DNA of 64,000 nucleotides from Squalus acanthias (lineage: Eukaryota), in contig CM059431.1 of the NCBI GenBank assembly GCA_030390025.1, forward strand, positions 134,976,001-135,040,000, written 5' to 3'. The translations under genes and the position numbers were made by a program. Positions 1 to 13,478 of the stretch are shown in pieces. Each line of letters starts with the position of its first letter. Position 1 is the first letter of the stretch. The notes under the pieces were generated by a model, which ran no database searches, was not told the origin of the DNA, and saw only the letters and a list, made by a program, of their open reading frames with translations.

Positions 1-1822
1 TAGGAGAGCTAGGAGGGGGCATGAGAAGTCCTTGGCGGGTCGGATCAAGAAAAACCCCAAGGCTTTTTACTCTTATGTGAGAAATAAAAGAATGACCAGG
101 GTGAGGGTAGGGCCAGTCAAGGACAGTAGTGGGAACTTGTGCATGGAGTCAGAAGAGATAGGAGAGGTGATGAATGAATACTTTTCGTCAGTGTTCACCG
201 AGGAGAGGGGCCATGTTCTTGAGGATGAGAGTGTGATAAAGGTGGATAGGCTGGAGGTGGTAGATGTTCTGAGGGAAGATGTTTTAGCAATTTTGAAGAA
301 CTTGAGGGTCGATAAGTCCCCTGGGCCAGATGGGATATATCCAAGGATTCTTTGGGAGGCAAGGGAGGAGATTGCAGAGCCTCTGGCTTTGATCTTTGGG
401 TCCTCACTGTCCACGGGGATGGTGCCAGAGGACTGGAGAGTGGCGAATGTTGTTCCTCTCTTCAAGAAAGGAAATAGGAATGACCCTGGTAATTATAGGC
501 CGGTTAGGATTTATGACCATTTGGAAAGGGGCAACTTAATCAGGGGTAGTCAACACGGATTCGTGAAGGGTAAGTCTTGCCTAACAAATTTGATTGAATT
601 CTTTGAGGAGGTAACTAAGTGTGTAGATGAAGGTAGAGCAGTTGATGTCGTATACATGGATTTTAGTAAGGCGTTTGATAAGGTTCCCCATGGTCGGCTC
701 ATGAAGAAAGTAAGGAGTTGTGGGATAGAGGGAAATTTGGCCGATTGGATAAGTAACTGGCTATCTCATAGAAGGCAGAGGGTGGTGGTGGATGGAACAT
801 TTTCGGACTGGAGACCAGTTACCAGCGGTGTGCCACAGGGGTCGGTGCTGGGTCCTCTGCTGTTTGTGATTTTTATCAATGACTTGGAGGAGGGGACTGA
901 AGGGTGGATCAATAAATTTGCTGATGACACCAAGATTGGTGGAGTAGTGGATGAGGTGGAGGGCAGTTGTAGGCTGCAAAGAGACATTGATAGGATGCAG
1001 AGCTGGGCCGAAAAATGGCAGATGGAATTTAACCCTGATAAGTGCGAGGTAATTCATTTTGGTAGGGCAAATTTGAATAAGGATTACAGGGTCAACGGCA
1101 GGGTTCTGAGGAACGTGGAGGAGCAGAGGGATCTGGGGGTTCATATCCACAGATCTCTGAAGGTTGCCACTCAAGTGGATAGAGCAGTAAAGAAGGCCTA
1201 TGGTGTGTTGGCGTTTATTAACAGAGGGTTTGAGTTTAAGAACCGTGAGGTTATGCTGCAACTGTACAGGACCTTGGTGAGACCACATTTGGAATATTGT
1301 GTGCAGTTCTGGTCACCTCACTATAGGAAGGACGTGGAAGCATTGGAAAGAGTGCAAAGGAGATTTACCAGGATGCTGCCTGGTTTGGGGAGGAGGTCTT
1401 ATGAGGAAAGATTGAGGGAGTTGGGGCTTTTCTCTTTAGAGCGGAGGAGGATGAGAGGCGACTTAATAGAGGTTTATAAGATGATGAGGGGGATAGATAG
1501 AGTGGATGTTCAGAGACTATTTCCTCGGGTAGAGGCAGCTGTTACAAGGGGGCATAACTATAAGGTGCATGGGGGGAGATATAGAAGGGATGTCCGAGGT
1601 AGATTCTTTACTCAGAGAGTGGTTGGGGTGTGGAATGGACTGCCTGCTGTGATAGTGGAGTCGGACACTTTAGGAACTTTCAAGCGGTTATTGGATAAGC
1701 ACATGGAGCACACCAGAGTGATAGGGAGTGTGATAGCTTGATCTTGGTCTCGGACAATGCTCGGCACAACATCGAGGGCCGAAGGGCCTGTACTGTGCTG
1801 TACTGTTCTATGTTCTATGTTC
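1..1822 (+). mobile_element. CR1-clade LINE, 3' part (RT half of ORF2, 3'UTR, microsatellite tail)
   Basis: ORF 32-1741 has [30 protein letters not shown] and FADD motifs. The SLTSVVGKL segment after NYRPV is deleted in frame. Ends in (TTCTATG)n at ~1806-1822. Confidence 0.95.
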
Positions 1823-2443
1823 ATGGTGTTGAAGGCTGTCGGAGTGCAGCTCGGAACAGAGTGTTAAGCTGCGAGTTTGGTGAGTGAGGGAGTAAATCTT
1901 AAAGGTTAATCTCTTTTTTTATAACATCTAGTCTTGTGTGCTTGCAATTAGCATTTAACTTAAATTTAAATTTACTGTTTCAAGTTTTAAGTTTCTTCCA
2001 GGCTTGGGCAGGGCTAAGCAAGCTCTGTGCTGGAGAGCAGGTGAGAGTAATTAATTAATTAACTGGTCTAATCTGGTTCTGTAACTGCCAGAGAGCTCAC
2101 TTATTTAAATCTCAGCAGTATAAATAAGGGAGCCTAGAGTGCAGTTTGTCCTGGAGTGCAGCTCGGAACAGAGTGTGAATCTGCGAGTTTGGTGAGGGAG
2201 TTCGGGGAGGGAGGTGTTCCTTTCTTTTTTCTATCTTTGTCAGCTTCCAGGAGAGCAGGAACTAAAAAGCTGCACAAGAGGGGACAGAGAAGCAACGGTG
2301 AGTATTTATACAGTATCTCCATACTCCAGTTGTTAAAGTAAAAATAAGGTCTCTAGTTTAGAGTAAGTAGTGTTTAAAGGGAAGTAAGGTCCCTAGTGTA
2401 TTTAATATTCTTTAATTTAAAGGGAGTAAATTAAGGGTAGGAC

Positions 2444-3388
2444 ATGGCAGGGCAGCTCGGCAGCATGGAGTGCTCCTCCTGTGCTATGTGGGAAGTCAGG
2501 GACACTTTCGGAGTCCAGGGTGAACACATGTGCAGGAAGTGGCTGCAACTGCTTGAAATCTGCATTTCGGAGCTGGAGCTGCGGCTGGAGTCACTGTCGA
2601 GCATCCGCTAAGCTGAGATCTTCGTGGATAGCACGTTTAACGAGGTGGTCACACCGCAGGTAAAGAGTGTACAGGCAGACAGGAAATGGGTGACCGCCAG
2701 ACAGAGTAAAAGAACTAGGAAGGTAGTGCTGGAGTCCCCTGGGTCCATCTCCCTCTCCAACAGATTCTCCGTTTTGGATACTGATGGGGGAGATGGTTTC
2801 TCAGGGGAATGCAGCAAGAACCAAGTCCGTGGCACTATGAGTGGCTCAGCTGCACAGGGCGGGAGGAAAAAGAGTGGGAGAGCAATAGTGATAGGGGATT
2901 CTATCGTAAGGGGAACAGATAGACGTTTCTGTGGCCGCAGACGTGACTCCAGGATGGTATGTTGCCTCCCTGGTGCCAGGGTCAAGGATGTCACTGAATG
3001 GCTGCAGGGCATTCTGAAGGGGGAGGGCGAATAGTCAGAGGTCGTGGTTTACATTGGTACCAACGACATGGGTAGAAAGAGGGATGAGGTCCTGCAACAA
3101 GAATTTAGGGAGCTAGGTGGCAGATTAAAAAGCAGGACTTCAAAGGTTGTAATCACTGGATTACTCCTGGAGCCACATGCTAGTGAGTATAGGAATAGGA
3201 GGATAGAGCAGATGAATGCATGGCTAAAGAGTTGGTGCAGGAGGGAGAGCTGTAGTTTCCCGGATCACTGGGTCTGCTTCTGGGGAAGGTGGGACCTGTA
3301 CAAGTCGGACGGGTTGCACCTGAACCGGAACGGGACCAACATCCTTGCGGGGAGGTTTGCTAGTACTGTTGAGGGGGATTTAAACTAA
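2444..3388 (+). pseudogene. CR1 ORF1 (N-terminal Cys motif, coiled coil, SGNH esterase), with in-frame stops
   Basis: MAGQLGSMECSSC... continues in frame with ORFs 2624-3034 and 3044-3388. Motifs IVIGDS, IGTND and DGLHLN are the SGNH blocks of CR1 ORF1. Confidence 0.9.
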
Positions 3389-3389
3389 C

Positions 3390-5888
3390 TTGGCAGGGGG
3401 ATGGGATACGGAGTGGAGCTACAGTCAGGGGGAGATAGAGGAACAGATATGTAGGCAAATCTCAGAGAAGTGTAGAAATAATAGGGTAATAAAAGTAAGG
3501 GATTTCAACTTCCCCAATATTAACTGGGATAGTCAGAGTGTGAAAGGCTTAGAGGATGTGGAATTCTTAAAGTGCATCCAGGAGAGCTTTTTGAGCCAGC
3601 ATGTAGAAAGTCCTACAAGACAGGGGGCGGTACTGGACCTAATTCTGAGGAATGTAGCTGGGCAAGTGGTAGAAGTGTTAGTAGGAGAGCATTTTGGTGA
3701 CAGTGACCATAATTCGGTGAGATTTAAGGTAGTCATGGAAAAGGACAAAGATGGACCGGAGATAAAGGTTCTAAATTGGGGGAAGGCCAATTTTAATATG
3801 ATAAGGCAGGATCTGGCCAAAGTGGACTGGGATCAGCTACTTGTAGGAAAATCCACATCAGAGCAGTGGGAGTCTTTCAGAAAGGAAATAGAGAGAGGAC
3901 AATGGCAACGTGTTCCCGTAAAGGTCAAGGGTGGGATCAACAAGCCCAGGGAACCCTGGATGTCAAGGGATATACAAGAATGGATTAGGGAAAAAAAGGG
4001 AGGCTTTTGGCAGATAAAAAGGACTAAAAACAGTGGAAGCCCTAGAGGAGTATAGAAAGTGCAGGGGGTTACTTAAAAAAGAAATTAGGAGAGCGAAGAG
4101 GGGGCATGAAAAAACACTGGCGGGCAAAATAAAGAAAAATCCCAAGGTGTTTTATAAGTATATTAAGGGCAAGAAGATAACCAGGGAAAGAGTAGGGCCC
4201 ATTAGGGACCAAAGTGGCAATCTGTGTGTAGAGCCGGAAGATGTAGGTGAGATTTTAAATGAATATTTTGCATCTGTGATCACTATGGAGAAGGACAATG
4301 TAGGCATAGAAATCAGGCAGGGGGATTGTGATATACTTGAACAAATTAGTATTGAGAGGGAGGAGGTACTAGCGGTTTTAGCGGGCTTAAAAGTGGATAA
4401 ATCCCCAGGTCCAGACGAGATGTATCCCAGGCTCCTGTGTGAGGCAAGGGAGGAGATTGCAGGGGCTCTGACACAAATTTTCAGAACCTCTCTGGCCACA
4501 GGGGCGGTGCCAGAGGACTGGAGAACAGCTAACGTAGTACCATTATTCAAGAAGGGTAGTAGGGATAAACCAGGGAATTACAGGCCGGTGAGCCTAACAT
4601 CAGTAGTAGGGAAATTATTGGAAAAAATTCTGAGGGACAGAATTAGTCTCCACTTGGAGAGGCAAGGATTAATCAAGGATAGTCAGCATAGCTTTGTCAG
4701 GGGGAGATCATGTCTGACCAATTTGATTGAATTTTTCGAGGGGGTGACTAGGTGTGTGGATGAGGGTAGTGCAGTTGATGTAGTCTACATGGACTTCAGT
4801 AAGGTTTTTGACAAAGTCCCACATGGGAGACTGGTCAAGAAGGTAAGAGCCCATGGGATCCAGGGCAATTTGGCACATTGGATCCAAAATTGGCTAGTGG
4901 CAGGAGGCAGAGGGTGATGGTCGAAGGTTGTTTTTGTGACTGGAAGCCTGTGTCCAGTGGTGTACCGCAGGGATCGGTGCTGGGTCCTTTGCTGTTTGTC
5001 GTGTACATTAATGATTTAGATATGAATGTAGGAGGTATGATCAGTAAGTTCGCAGATGACATGAAAATTGGTGGAGTGGTAAATAGCGAGGAGGGAAGCC
5101 TCAGGCTACAGGACGATATAGACGGGTTGGTCAGATGGGCAGAACAGTGGCAAATGGAATTTAACCCTGAAAAGTGTGAGGTGATGCATTTTGGGAGGAC
5201 TAACAAGGCAAGGGAATACACAATGAATGGTAGGACCCTAGGAAGGACAGAGGATCAGAGGGACCTTGGTGTGCATGTACATAGATCCCTGAAGGCAGCA
5301 GGACTGACAGATAAGGTGGTTAAAAAGGCATATGGGATACTTGCCTTCGTTAGCCGAGGCATAGAATAGAAGAGCAGGGAGGTTATGATGGAGCTGTACA
5401 AAACACTAGTTAGGCCACAGCTGGAATACTGTGTGCAGTTCTGGTCGCCACACTATAGGAAGGATGTGATTGCTTTGGAGAGGGTGCAGAGGAGATTCAC
5501 CAGAATGTTACCTGGGCTGGAGCGCTTCAGCTATGAAGAGAGACTGGACAGGCTGGGGTTGTTTTCCTTAGAGCAGAGAAGGCTGAGGGTGGACCTGATT
5601 GAGGTGTACAAAATTATGAGGGGCATAGATAGGGTAGATAGAAAGGAACTTTTCCCCTTAGTAGAGGGGTCAATAACCAGGGGGCATAGTTTCAAGGTAA
5701 GGGGCAGGAGGTTTAGAGGGGATTTGAGGAAAAACTTTTTCACCCAGAGGGTGGTTGGAATCTGGAACTCACTGCCTGAAAGGGTGGTAGAGGCAGGAAC
5801 CCTCACAACGTTCAAGAAGCATTTAGATGAGTACTTGAAATGCCATTGCATACAAGGCTACGGACCAAGTGCTGGAAAATGGGATTAG
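3390..5888 (+). pseudogene. CR1 ORF2 (APE endonuclease + RT), frameshifted, endonuclease N-terminus deleted
   Basis: DFN, LDL and SDH endonuclease motifs; RT motifs across ORFs 4033-4917, 4878-5369 and 5385-5888. About 433 bp are missing at 3420 relative to the sister copy at 53754-54186. Confidence 0.92.
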
Positions 5889-6061
5889 AATAGACAGGGC
5901 TTGATGACCGGCGCGGACACAATGGGCCGAAGGGCCTCTTTCTGTGCTGTATAACTCTGACTCTATGAAGAGGGGAGGGTAGGGGAGATTTGTAGGAATT
6001 ACATCTTACTTTTTAAAAATATATCCTTAAGATTGGCAAAGAGAGAATATTTTTTAAATAA

Positions 6062-7905
6062 GTTTATGCGATGTTGGCCACGCTGGCTAGGCCAGCATTT
6101 ATTCCCCATCCCTAGTTGCCCTTGAGAAGGTAGTGGTGAGCCACCTTCTTGAACCACTGCAGTCCATGTTGTGCAGGTACTCCCACAGTGCTGTTAGGTA
6201 GGGAGTTCCAGGATTTTGACCCAGCGACGATGAAGGATCGGCTATATACGTCTAGGTCAGGATGGTATGTGACTTGGAGGGTAACTTGGAGGTGATGGTG
6301 TTCCAATGCGCCTGCTGCCCTTGACCTTCTAGGTGGAAGAGGTCGTGGGTTTGGGAGGTGCTGCCGAAGAAGCCTTGGCGAGTTGCTGCAGTGCATCCTG
6401 TAGATGGTGCACACTGCAGCCATGGTACGCCGGTGGTGGAGGGAGTGAATGTTTAAGGCGGTGGATTTGGTGCCAATCAAGTGGGCTGCTTTGTCCTGGA
6501 TGGTGTCCAGATTCTTGAGTGTTGTTGGAGCTGCACTCATCCAGGCAAGTGGAGAGTATTCCATCACACTCCTTGTGCCTTGTAGATGGTGGAAAGGCTT
6601 TGGGGAGTCAGGAGGTGAGACACTCGCCGCAGAATACCTCGCCTCTGACCTGATCTTGTTGCCACAGTATTTATGTAGCTGGTCCAGTTAAGTTTCTGGT
6701 CAATGGTGACCCCCAGGATGTTGATGGTGGGGGATTCGGCGATGCTAATGCCATTGAATGTCATGGGGAGCTGGTTAGACTCTCGCTTGTCAGAGATAGT
6801 CATTGCCTGCCACTTCTGTGGCGCAAATGTTACCTGCCACTTATCAGCCCAAGCCTGAACTTCATCCAGGTCTTGTTGCATGCGGGCATGGACTGCTTCA
6901 TTATCTGAGGAGTTGTGAATGATGCTGAACACTGTGCAGTCATCAGCGAACATCCCCATTTCTGACCTTATATTGGAGGGAAGGTCATTGATGAAGCAGC
7001 TGAAGATGGTGGGGCCTAGGAAACTCCCTGAGGAACTCCTGCAGCGATGTCCTGGGGCTGTGATGATTTACCTTCAACCACCACAACCATCTTCCTTTGT
7101 GCTAGGTATGACTCCAGCCAGTGGAGAGTTTTCCCCCCGATTCCCATTGACTTCAGTTTTACTAGGACTCTTTGAGGCCACACTCAGTCAAATGCTGCCT
7201 TGATGTCAAGGGCAGTCACTCTCACCTCACCTCTGGAATTCAGCTCTTCTGTCCATGTTTGTACCAAGGCTGTAATGAGGTTCGGAGCTGAGTGGTCTTG
7301 ACGGAACCCAAAATGGGCATCAGTGAGCAGGTTATTGATGAGTAAGTGCCGCTTGATAGCACTGTCGATGACACTTTCCATCACTCTGCTGATGATTGAG
7401 AGTGGACTGATGGGGCGGTAATTGGCCAGGTTGGATTTGTCCTGCTTTTTGTGGACAGGGCATACCTGGGCAGTTTTCCACATTGTCGGATAGATGCCAG
7501 TGTTGTAGCTGTACTGGAACAGCTTGGCTGGAGGTGCGGCTAGTTCTGGAGCACAAGTCTTCAGCATGATAGCCGGGATGTTGTCGGGACCCATAGCCTT
7601 TGCTTTATCCAGTGCGCTCAGCCGTTTCTTGATATCACGTGGAGTGAATCGAATTGGCTGAAGACTGGCTTCTGTGATGGTGGGGACATCAGGAGTAGGC
7701 CGATATGGATCATCCACTCGGCACTTCTGGCTGAAGATGTTTGCAAACGCTTCAGCCTTATCTTTTGCACTCACATGCTGAGCTCCACCATCATTGAGGA
7801 TGGGGATATTCATGCAGCCTCCTCCTCCAGTTAGTTGTTTAATGGTCCACCACCATTCACGACTGGATGTGACAGGACTGCAGAGCTTTGATCTGATCCG
7901 TTGCT
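6062..7905 (-). mobile_element. 5'-truncated LINE of a second, divergent CR1-group lineage (RT region + 3' tail)
   Basis: Minus ORFs contain KAMGPDNIP, NYRPIS, ALDIKAAFD, MFADD and SWNSLP. The tail has AATAAA followed by GCTGGCCTAGCCAGC. Confidence 0.9.
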
Positions 7906-10839
7906 TGAGAGTAGAATGGAGGTTAACATAAAAGAGAACCCAAAAGTCTTTGTAAACAATAAGCAGGTAGTAAGAGGCAGGTTGGGGCCTAGGGTCCCGA
8001 ATTTAAATAAAGGAAACTACGATGGTATGAGGCGCGAGTTGGCTAGGATGGATTGGGGAGCGTTACTTAAAGGGTTGATAGTGGATAGGCAATGGCAAAC
8101 ATTTAAAGATCGCATGGATGAACTACAGAATTTGTTCATCCCTGATTGGCATAAAAATAAAACAAAAAAGGTGACTCAACCGTGGCTAACAAGGGAAATT
8201 AGGGATAGCATAAGATCAAAGGAAAGGACATATAAATTGGCCAGAAAAAGCAGCAAACCTGAGGATTGGGAGCAGTTTAGGATTCAGCAAAGGAGGACAA
8301 AGGATTAATTCAGAGGGGGGGAAATAGAATATGAGAGTAAGCTTCCAGGGAACATAAAAACTGACTGTAAAAGCTTCGATAGATATGTGAAGAGAAAAAG
8401 ATTGGTGAAGTCAAGCGTAGGTCCCTTGCAGTCAGAATCAGGGGAATTTATAATGGGGAACAAAGAAATGGCAGACCAATTAAATACATACTTTGGTTCT
8501 GTCTTCACAAAGGAGGACACAAATAAACTCCCAGAGATGTCGGGGAACATAGGGTCTAATGAGAGGGAGGAACTGAATGAAATCAGTATTTGTAGGGAAA
8601 TGGTGATAGGGAAATTGATGGGATTGAAGGCCCCAAGGCCTGATAATCTACATCCTAGGGTACTTAAGGAAGTGGCCCTAGAAATAGTAGATGCATTGCT
8701 GGTCATCTTTCAAAATTCTATTGACTCTGGAACAGTTCCCGTGGATTGGAGGGTAGCTAATGTAACCCCACTATTTAAAAAAGGTGGCCGAGAGAAAACG
8801 GGGAATTATAGACCGGTAAGCCTGACATCGGTAGTGGGCAAAATGCTAGAATCCATTATAAAAGATGTAATAGCAGAGCACTTGGAAAACAGTGACAGGA
8901 TCGGACAAAGTCAACATGGATTTACAAAAGGTAAATCATGCCTGACTAATCTACTGGAATTTATTGAGGATGTAACTGGTAGAATAGATAAGGGAGAACC
9001 AGTGGATGTGGTGTATTTGGACTTTCAGAAGGCTTTCGATAAGGTCCCGCATAAGAGATTAGCGTGCAAAGTTAAGGCACATGGAATTGGGGGTAAGGTA
9101 CTGATTTGGATAGAGAACTGGTTGGCAGACAGGAAGCAAAGAGTTGGAATAAACGGGTCTTTTTCCGAGTGGCAGGCAGTGACTAGTGGGCTACCGCAGG
9201 GATCAGTGCTAGGAACCCAGCTATTCACAATATATATTAATGATCTAGACGAGGGAACTAGATGTAATATCTCTAAGTTTGCAGAAGACATAAAGCTGGG
9301 TGGGCATGTGTGCTGTGAGGAGGATGCAGAGAAACTCCAGTATGATTTGGACAGGTTGGGTGAGTGGCAGATGCATGGCAGATGCAGTATCATGTGGATA
9401 AATGCGAGGTTATCCACTTTGGTGGCAAAAACAGGAAGAAAGATTATTATCTGAACGGCAATAGATTGGGAAAAGGGGAAGTGCAACGAGATCTGGGAGT
9501 CCTTGTGCATCAGTCGCTGAAGGTAAGCATGCATGTGCAGCAGGTGGTTAAGAAGGGAAATGGTACGTTGGCCTTCATAGAGAGAGGATTCGCGTACAGG
9601 AGCAAGGATGTCTTGCTGCAGTTGTACAAGGCCTTGGTGAGACCACACCTTGAGTATTGTGTGCAGTTTTGGTCGCCTTATCTGAGGAAGGATGTTCTTG
9701 CCATGGAGGGAGTGCAGCGAAGTTTCACCAGACTGATACCTGGCATGGCAGGAATGACGTATGAAGAGAGATTGGGTCGATTAGGGCTTGTATTCGCTAG
9801 AGTTTAGAAGAATGAGAGGGGATCTCATTGAAACTTTTAAAATTCTAACAGGACTAGACAGACTAGATGCAGGAAGGATGTTCCTGATGGTGGGGGAGTC
9901 CAGAACCAGAGGTCACAGTCTAAGGATAAGGGGTAAGCCATTTAGGACTGAGATGAGGAGGAATTTCTTCACCCAGAGAGTGGTGAACCTGTGGAATTCT
10001 CTACCACAGAAGGCAGTTGAAGCCAATTCATTAAATATATTCAAGAAGGAGATAGATATATTTCTTAAGGCGAAAGGGATCAACGGATATGGGGAGAAAG
10101 CAGGGACAGGGTACTGAATTTGGATGATCAGCCATGATCTCATTAAATGGTGGAGCAGGCTCGAGGGGCCGAATGGCCTACTCCTGCTCCTATCTTCTAT
10201 GCTTCTATACTTCTATGCTTCTATTAGGGACAAAGAAGGTGCTTCGAGGCGCAGGGCAAGGCTAGAATACTCAATGAGTACTTTGTATCGGTGTTTACTA
10301 AGGAGGTGGATGCTGACAAAATATCGGTAGCAGTGGAAAAGCTAGAAGCAATTGAAGGCGTGAAAATTGATAGACAGGATGTACTGGAAAGGCTGGGTAT
10401 GCTTAGAGTGGGTAAGACGCCTGGTCCAGATGGTGGACCTTAGCTACAAGGACAGGTTCGAGAAGCTAGATTTGTTTTCATTAGAGCAAACGAGGTTGAG
10501 GGGTGATTTGATAGAGGTGTACAAGATTATGACGGGTTTGGATAGGCTAGACGGGAAAAGGCTGTTCCCACTAGTGGATGGTACAAGGACTAGGGACACA
10601 GATTTAAGGTTTTGGGCAAGAGATACAGGGGGGACGTGAGGAAAAACCTGGAATTCGCTGCCGACGGAAGTGGTTGACGTGGAGACACTCAATGGGAGAC
10701 TGGATAGGCACTTGAGGGAAATAAACTTGCAGGGCTACGGGGATAGAGCGGGGTAATGGGACTGACTGGATTGCTCTACAGAGAGCTGGCATGGACTCGA
10801 TGAGCAGAATGGCCTCCTTCTGTGCCGTTATGGCTCTCT
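7906..10839 (+). mobile_element. Old, internally deleted CR1 fragment split by a nested CR1
   Basis: ...GRLGP at 7980-7991 resumes as IRDKEG at 10224. RT core is deleted at ~10432. The 3'UTR reaches 10839 and tail repeats resume at 12345-12362. Confidence 0.8.
7992..10223 (+). mobile_element. Nested 5'-truncated CR1 (ORF2 fragments + (TTCTATGC)n tail)
   Basis: ORFs 8387-9454, 9364-9807 and 9788-10117. CTA is shared at both junctions. Confidence 0.92.
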
Positions 10840-12344
10840 GGGCTCGATTTTAATAGCCCTGAGGAGGCGGGTTTGGAGGCGGGTCAGCAGTGAAAATCAG
10901 CAATATGGCTTCAGACTGCCAACCCGCCGCCATGCGATTTTCGTGAGTGTCGGGTCAGTCGCTCCCAAACTGACCCGACTGGAACCGGTGGGACAGCTAG
11001 TTAAAGCAGTTAACAGCCTTGTTAATCCTATTTTTATAGTGGTTTCCCATTTTCGTGCTTCTGGCTCCTGTTTCCCATCTTGTGAGAAACACGCCAGCTG
11101 CAAGGAGATGAGTTTCTCGAGGACATGATTTATGGTCATTGGTGCAGCACTTTAAAAGTGCTCCTGTAAAATGGCTGACATTCAAATGGCTGACATTCAA
11201 ATGCAACAACTTTGTTGCTGGAGGTTTGGGATAAGATTTTGCAAATCTACTGACCTTGTGACTGTTCAAGCTGACACCCATCTGCAGTGTTACCTGATTG
11301 GAATAATTTCAGGCCACTTTGAGTGTATGCTTGCAAGCTTCTTGCCTCAACTGAAATCTATAGCAATGGGATGGGAACTATTTACATCCTCTCATTCTGG
11401 TCGTCAGATTCGGAGGAAGAGCAGCCACAGCATCATCACAACCAGCCACAACAGTAGCACCAGCCCCAGGAGCACCAACCTCCTCCTCACCCATCTGATG
11501 CTGCACTGGACACAGGACATCAGTCCCTGACAAAAATTGCTGACCAGGAGGCATCACCATGGCCAGATTTTCTTCACCTGATGCTGTAAACCCTGGCTGC
11601 CACATGGTGCGCCAGGTTGACACCATCCCACACCAGCACCGTGAAGCATCCCTTTAATGTCCAAGCCATTCCATGCACACTCATCACTATAGCGGGGGGC
11701 TAGTTATGACTGAACAATCACTGGAACTCAGTAAGACACTTCTCAATGTGCACTCAGATCTGTCCAATAAGAGGCACTTTTGGAAAAAGATATTACACTG
11801 TATGACAACAGAATTACCAGAAACATCACATGGACATTGGCTAAACCTCTCAAGTGCCTACCCTTGTATGTTGTTAGTTAGTATGCTTGCAGTAGGATGA
11901 GGGTGAGTGTGAGGGGTAAGGAAGTGATAAAGTAGATAGAGAGGTTTGGGTGGAGAGGTTCAAGGTAAGTTGGTGTCCTGGGGAGGTTTCTTCTGCCCTT
12001 GGAAGGGAAGATAACCTCCCTGCGTGCTGTGACTCCCTCCATAAGCATATGGTGGAAGTCATTGGAGAGCCTGTGTGCAAGTGTTCACCTTTGTGCAGTG
12101 ATTGTCAGTGCGGCACCTCAATGCTGTCAAATACTGACAGATCAACTGTCAAAATAAAATTGTCCCTTTAAGGAAACCGGCAGATGACGCGTCATCAAAT
12201 GACATCATCAGACCCGCTTCCTGTTAATTGGTGGGCTTAACAAGGCCAATCAAGGGAAAATCACGTCTGCAGAGCAGAGGCAGCTGGGGGCGGGACTGGA
12301 ACCCGGAAACCAGCTGACCCGCCTCCAGAATTAAATTTGCGGCC
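10840..12344. mobile_element. Non-autonomous PIF/Harbinger derivative (copy A)
   Basis: Degenerate TIRs GGGCTCGATTTTAA / TTAAATTTGCGGCC and an inverted subterminal 15-mer TGGAGGCGGGTCAGC. Internal blocks are colinear with 13940-15649 and 48586-57141. Flanks are TCT/ACT. Confidence 0.75.
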
Positions 12345-13478
12345 ACTGACTCTATGACTATGTTTAGGAAGAGAACCAAAAAAGGGGACAAACACAAACC
12401 ATTTTATTTTGTCTGTCATTCTATAGCCCTAACAAGTCCCAGGAATAATGTAAATATAGATTTCCTCTTAAATGTGTAGTGGAGTGTTAATAGAAACAAG
12501 AGCTATGTAATGATGTATAAACATTGTAGGAAGCTACTTTAGAAGAAACCACTATTTGTTTATTGAGAAAAACACAGAAAATACTTTGATTAAACTAATA
12601 ATGTACAGTTTCGATTTGGTATATGTTTGAAATAGGAGATTAAAAACTGAGAGTAAACTGAAGTTTGTTTCCCGCTATTTAATTGCGAAATACCTAAAAT
12701 AATTTGACACTTCTCATGATAAGAGCAGGGATTAATATTGTGGAGAATGTTTGAGAGAAAAACATTAGAAGCGAAATTCGTAAATTAACATCTTTACGTC
12801 AACATATTAGTAAACATTTCCAAGTCAGTCTGATTGATTGGTTCTCCTGTCCAGGAAGAAAGACAAAAGCTTATTTCTGTTAAATCATAGCTTTTCCTGC
12901 TTTTTGTTTTTAATTCAGTGACACAAATTGTGTAAGTGTTTTTCTGCACTTGTGAATAAGTGCTGCATTTCTGACATATTACATGGCGGTGGTGCTGGTT
13001 CAAGAAGACAACGTTTATTAATGGAAGTGATTGAAGTTGAAAATACGGATACCTGTTTTTGTTCAGTTCTTTTTAAGACTGTGAACTAAAGACTGCAGCA
13101 CTTTATATTTGTTGGTTGTCTGGTTGCATTGTAATTAATCTAATTACTAATGTGAACGTACAGCATGTCAGGCCATAGGAAAGCTGCTGCTCCTGCTGCC
13201 TGTGGTATAGAGACATGAGGGATGGGCGAAAATTAATACTAATTGCACAAATAGATATGCCTCTTTCAGCTCACCTTGGGCTTCTGGATTGTTTGACAAT
13301 ACATAACCTTGTAACTGAGTGACGTTTCTGAAGTGTTAATGCATTATTATGCAATTTTTTTATATCCCAGTCATTTCTGACAAGTAATTTTTTTTCTAAA
13401 AAATAGAGTTTGTACATGATGAACTAAAAGCTTTTAATTAATTCTACCGTATAAAAAACTTACAGAATGGGCATGTAA

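Larger units (their letters stand above)
1823..5968 (+). mobile_element. Near full-length CR1 LINE (5'UTR, ORF1, ORF2, 3'UTR), decayed
   Basis: 5'UTR with a duplicated motif, ORF1 from ATG 2444, ORF2 fragments 3390-5888, tail ACTCTGACTCTATGA at ~5954-5968. Confidence 0.92.

Noticed and set aside
73..1288. Antisense ORFs over CR1 ORF2 (also at 4152, 4835, 9025, 54913, 55621)
   Set aside because: Shadow frames of the RT coding strand that recur in every copy; no independent motifs.
11169..11203. 15-bp tandem duplication (also a 13-bp one at ~47577-47603)
   Set aside because: Ordinary slippage duplications inside decayed TEs.
12426..12931. Plus-strand microexons (12426-12448 and 12919-12931)
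   Set aside because: Splice-like flanks exist but are common in AT-rich DNA; there is no peptide or linking evidence. Cannot be excluded without RNA-seq.
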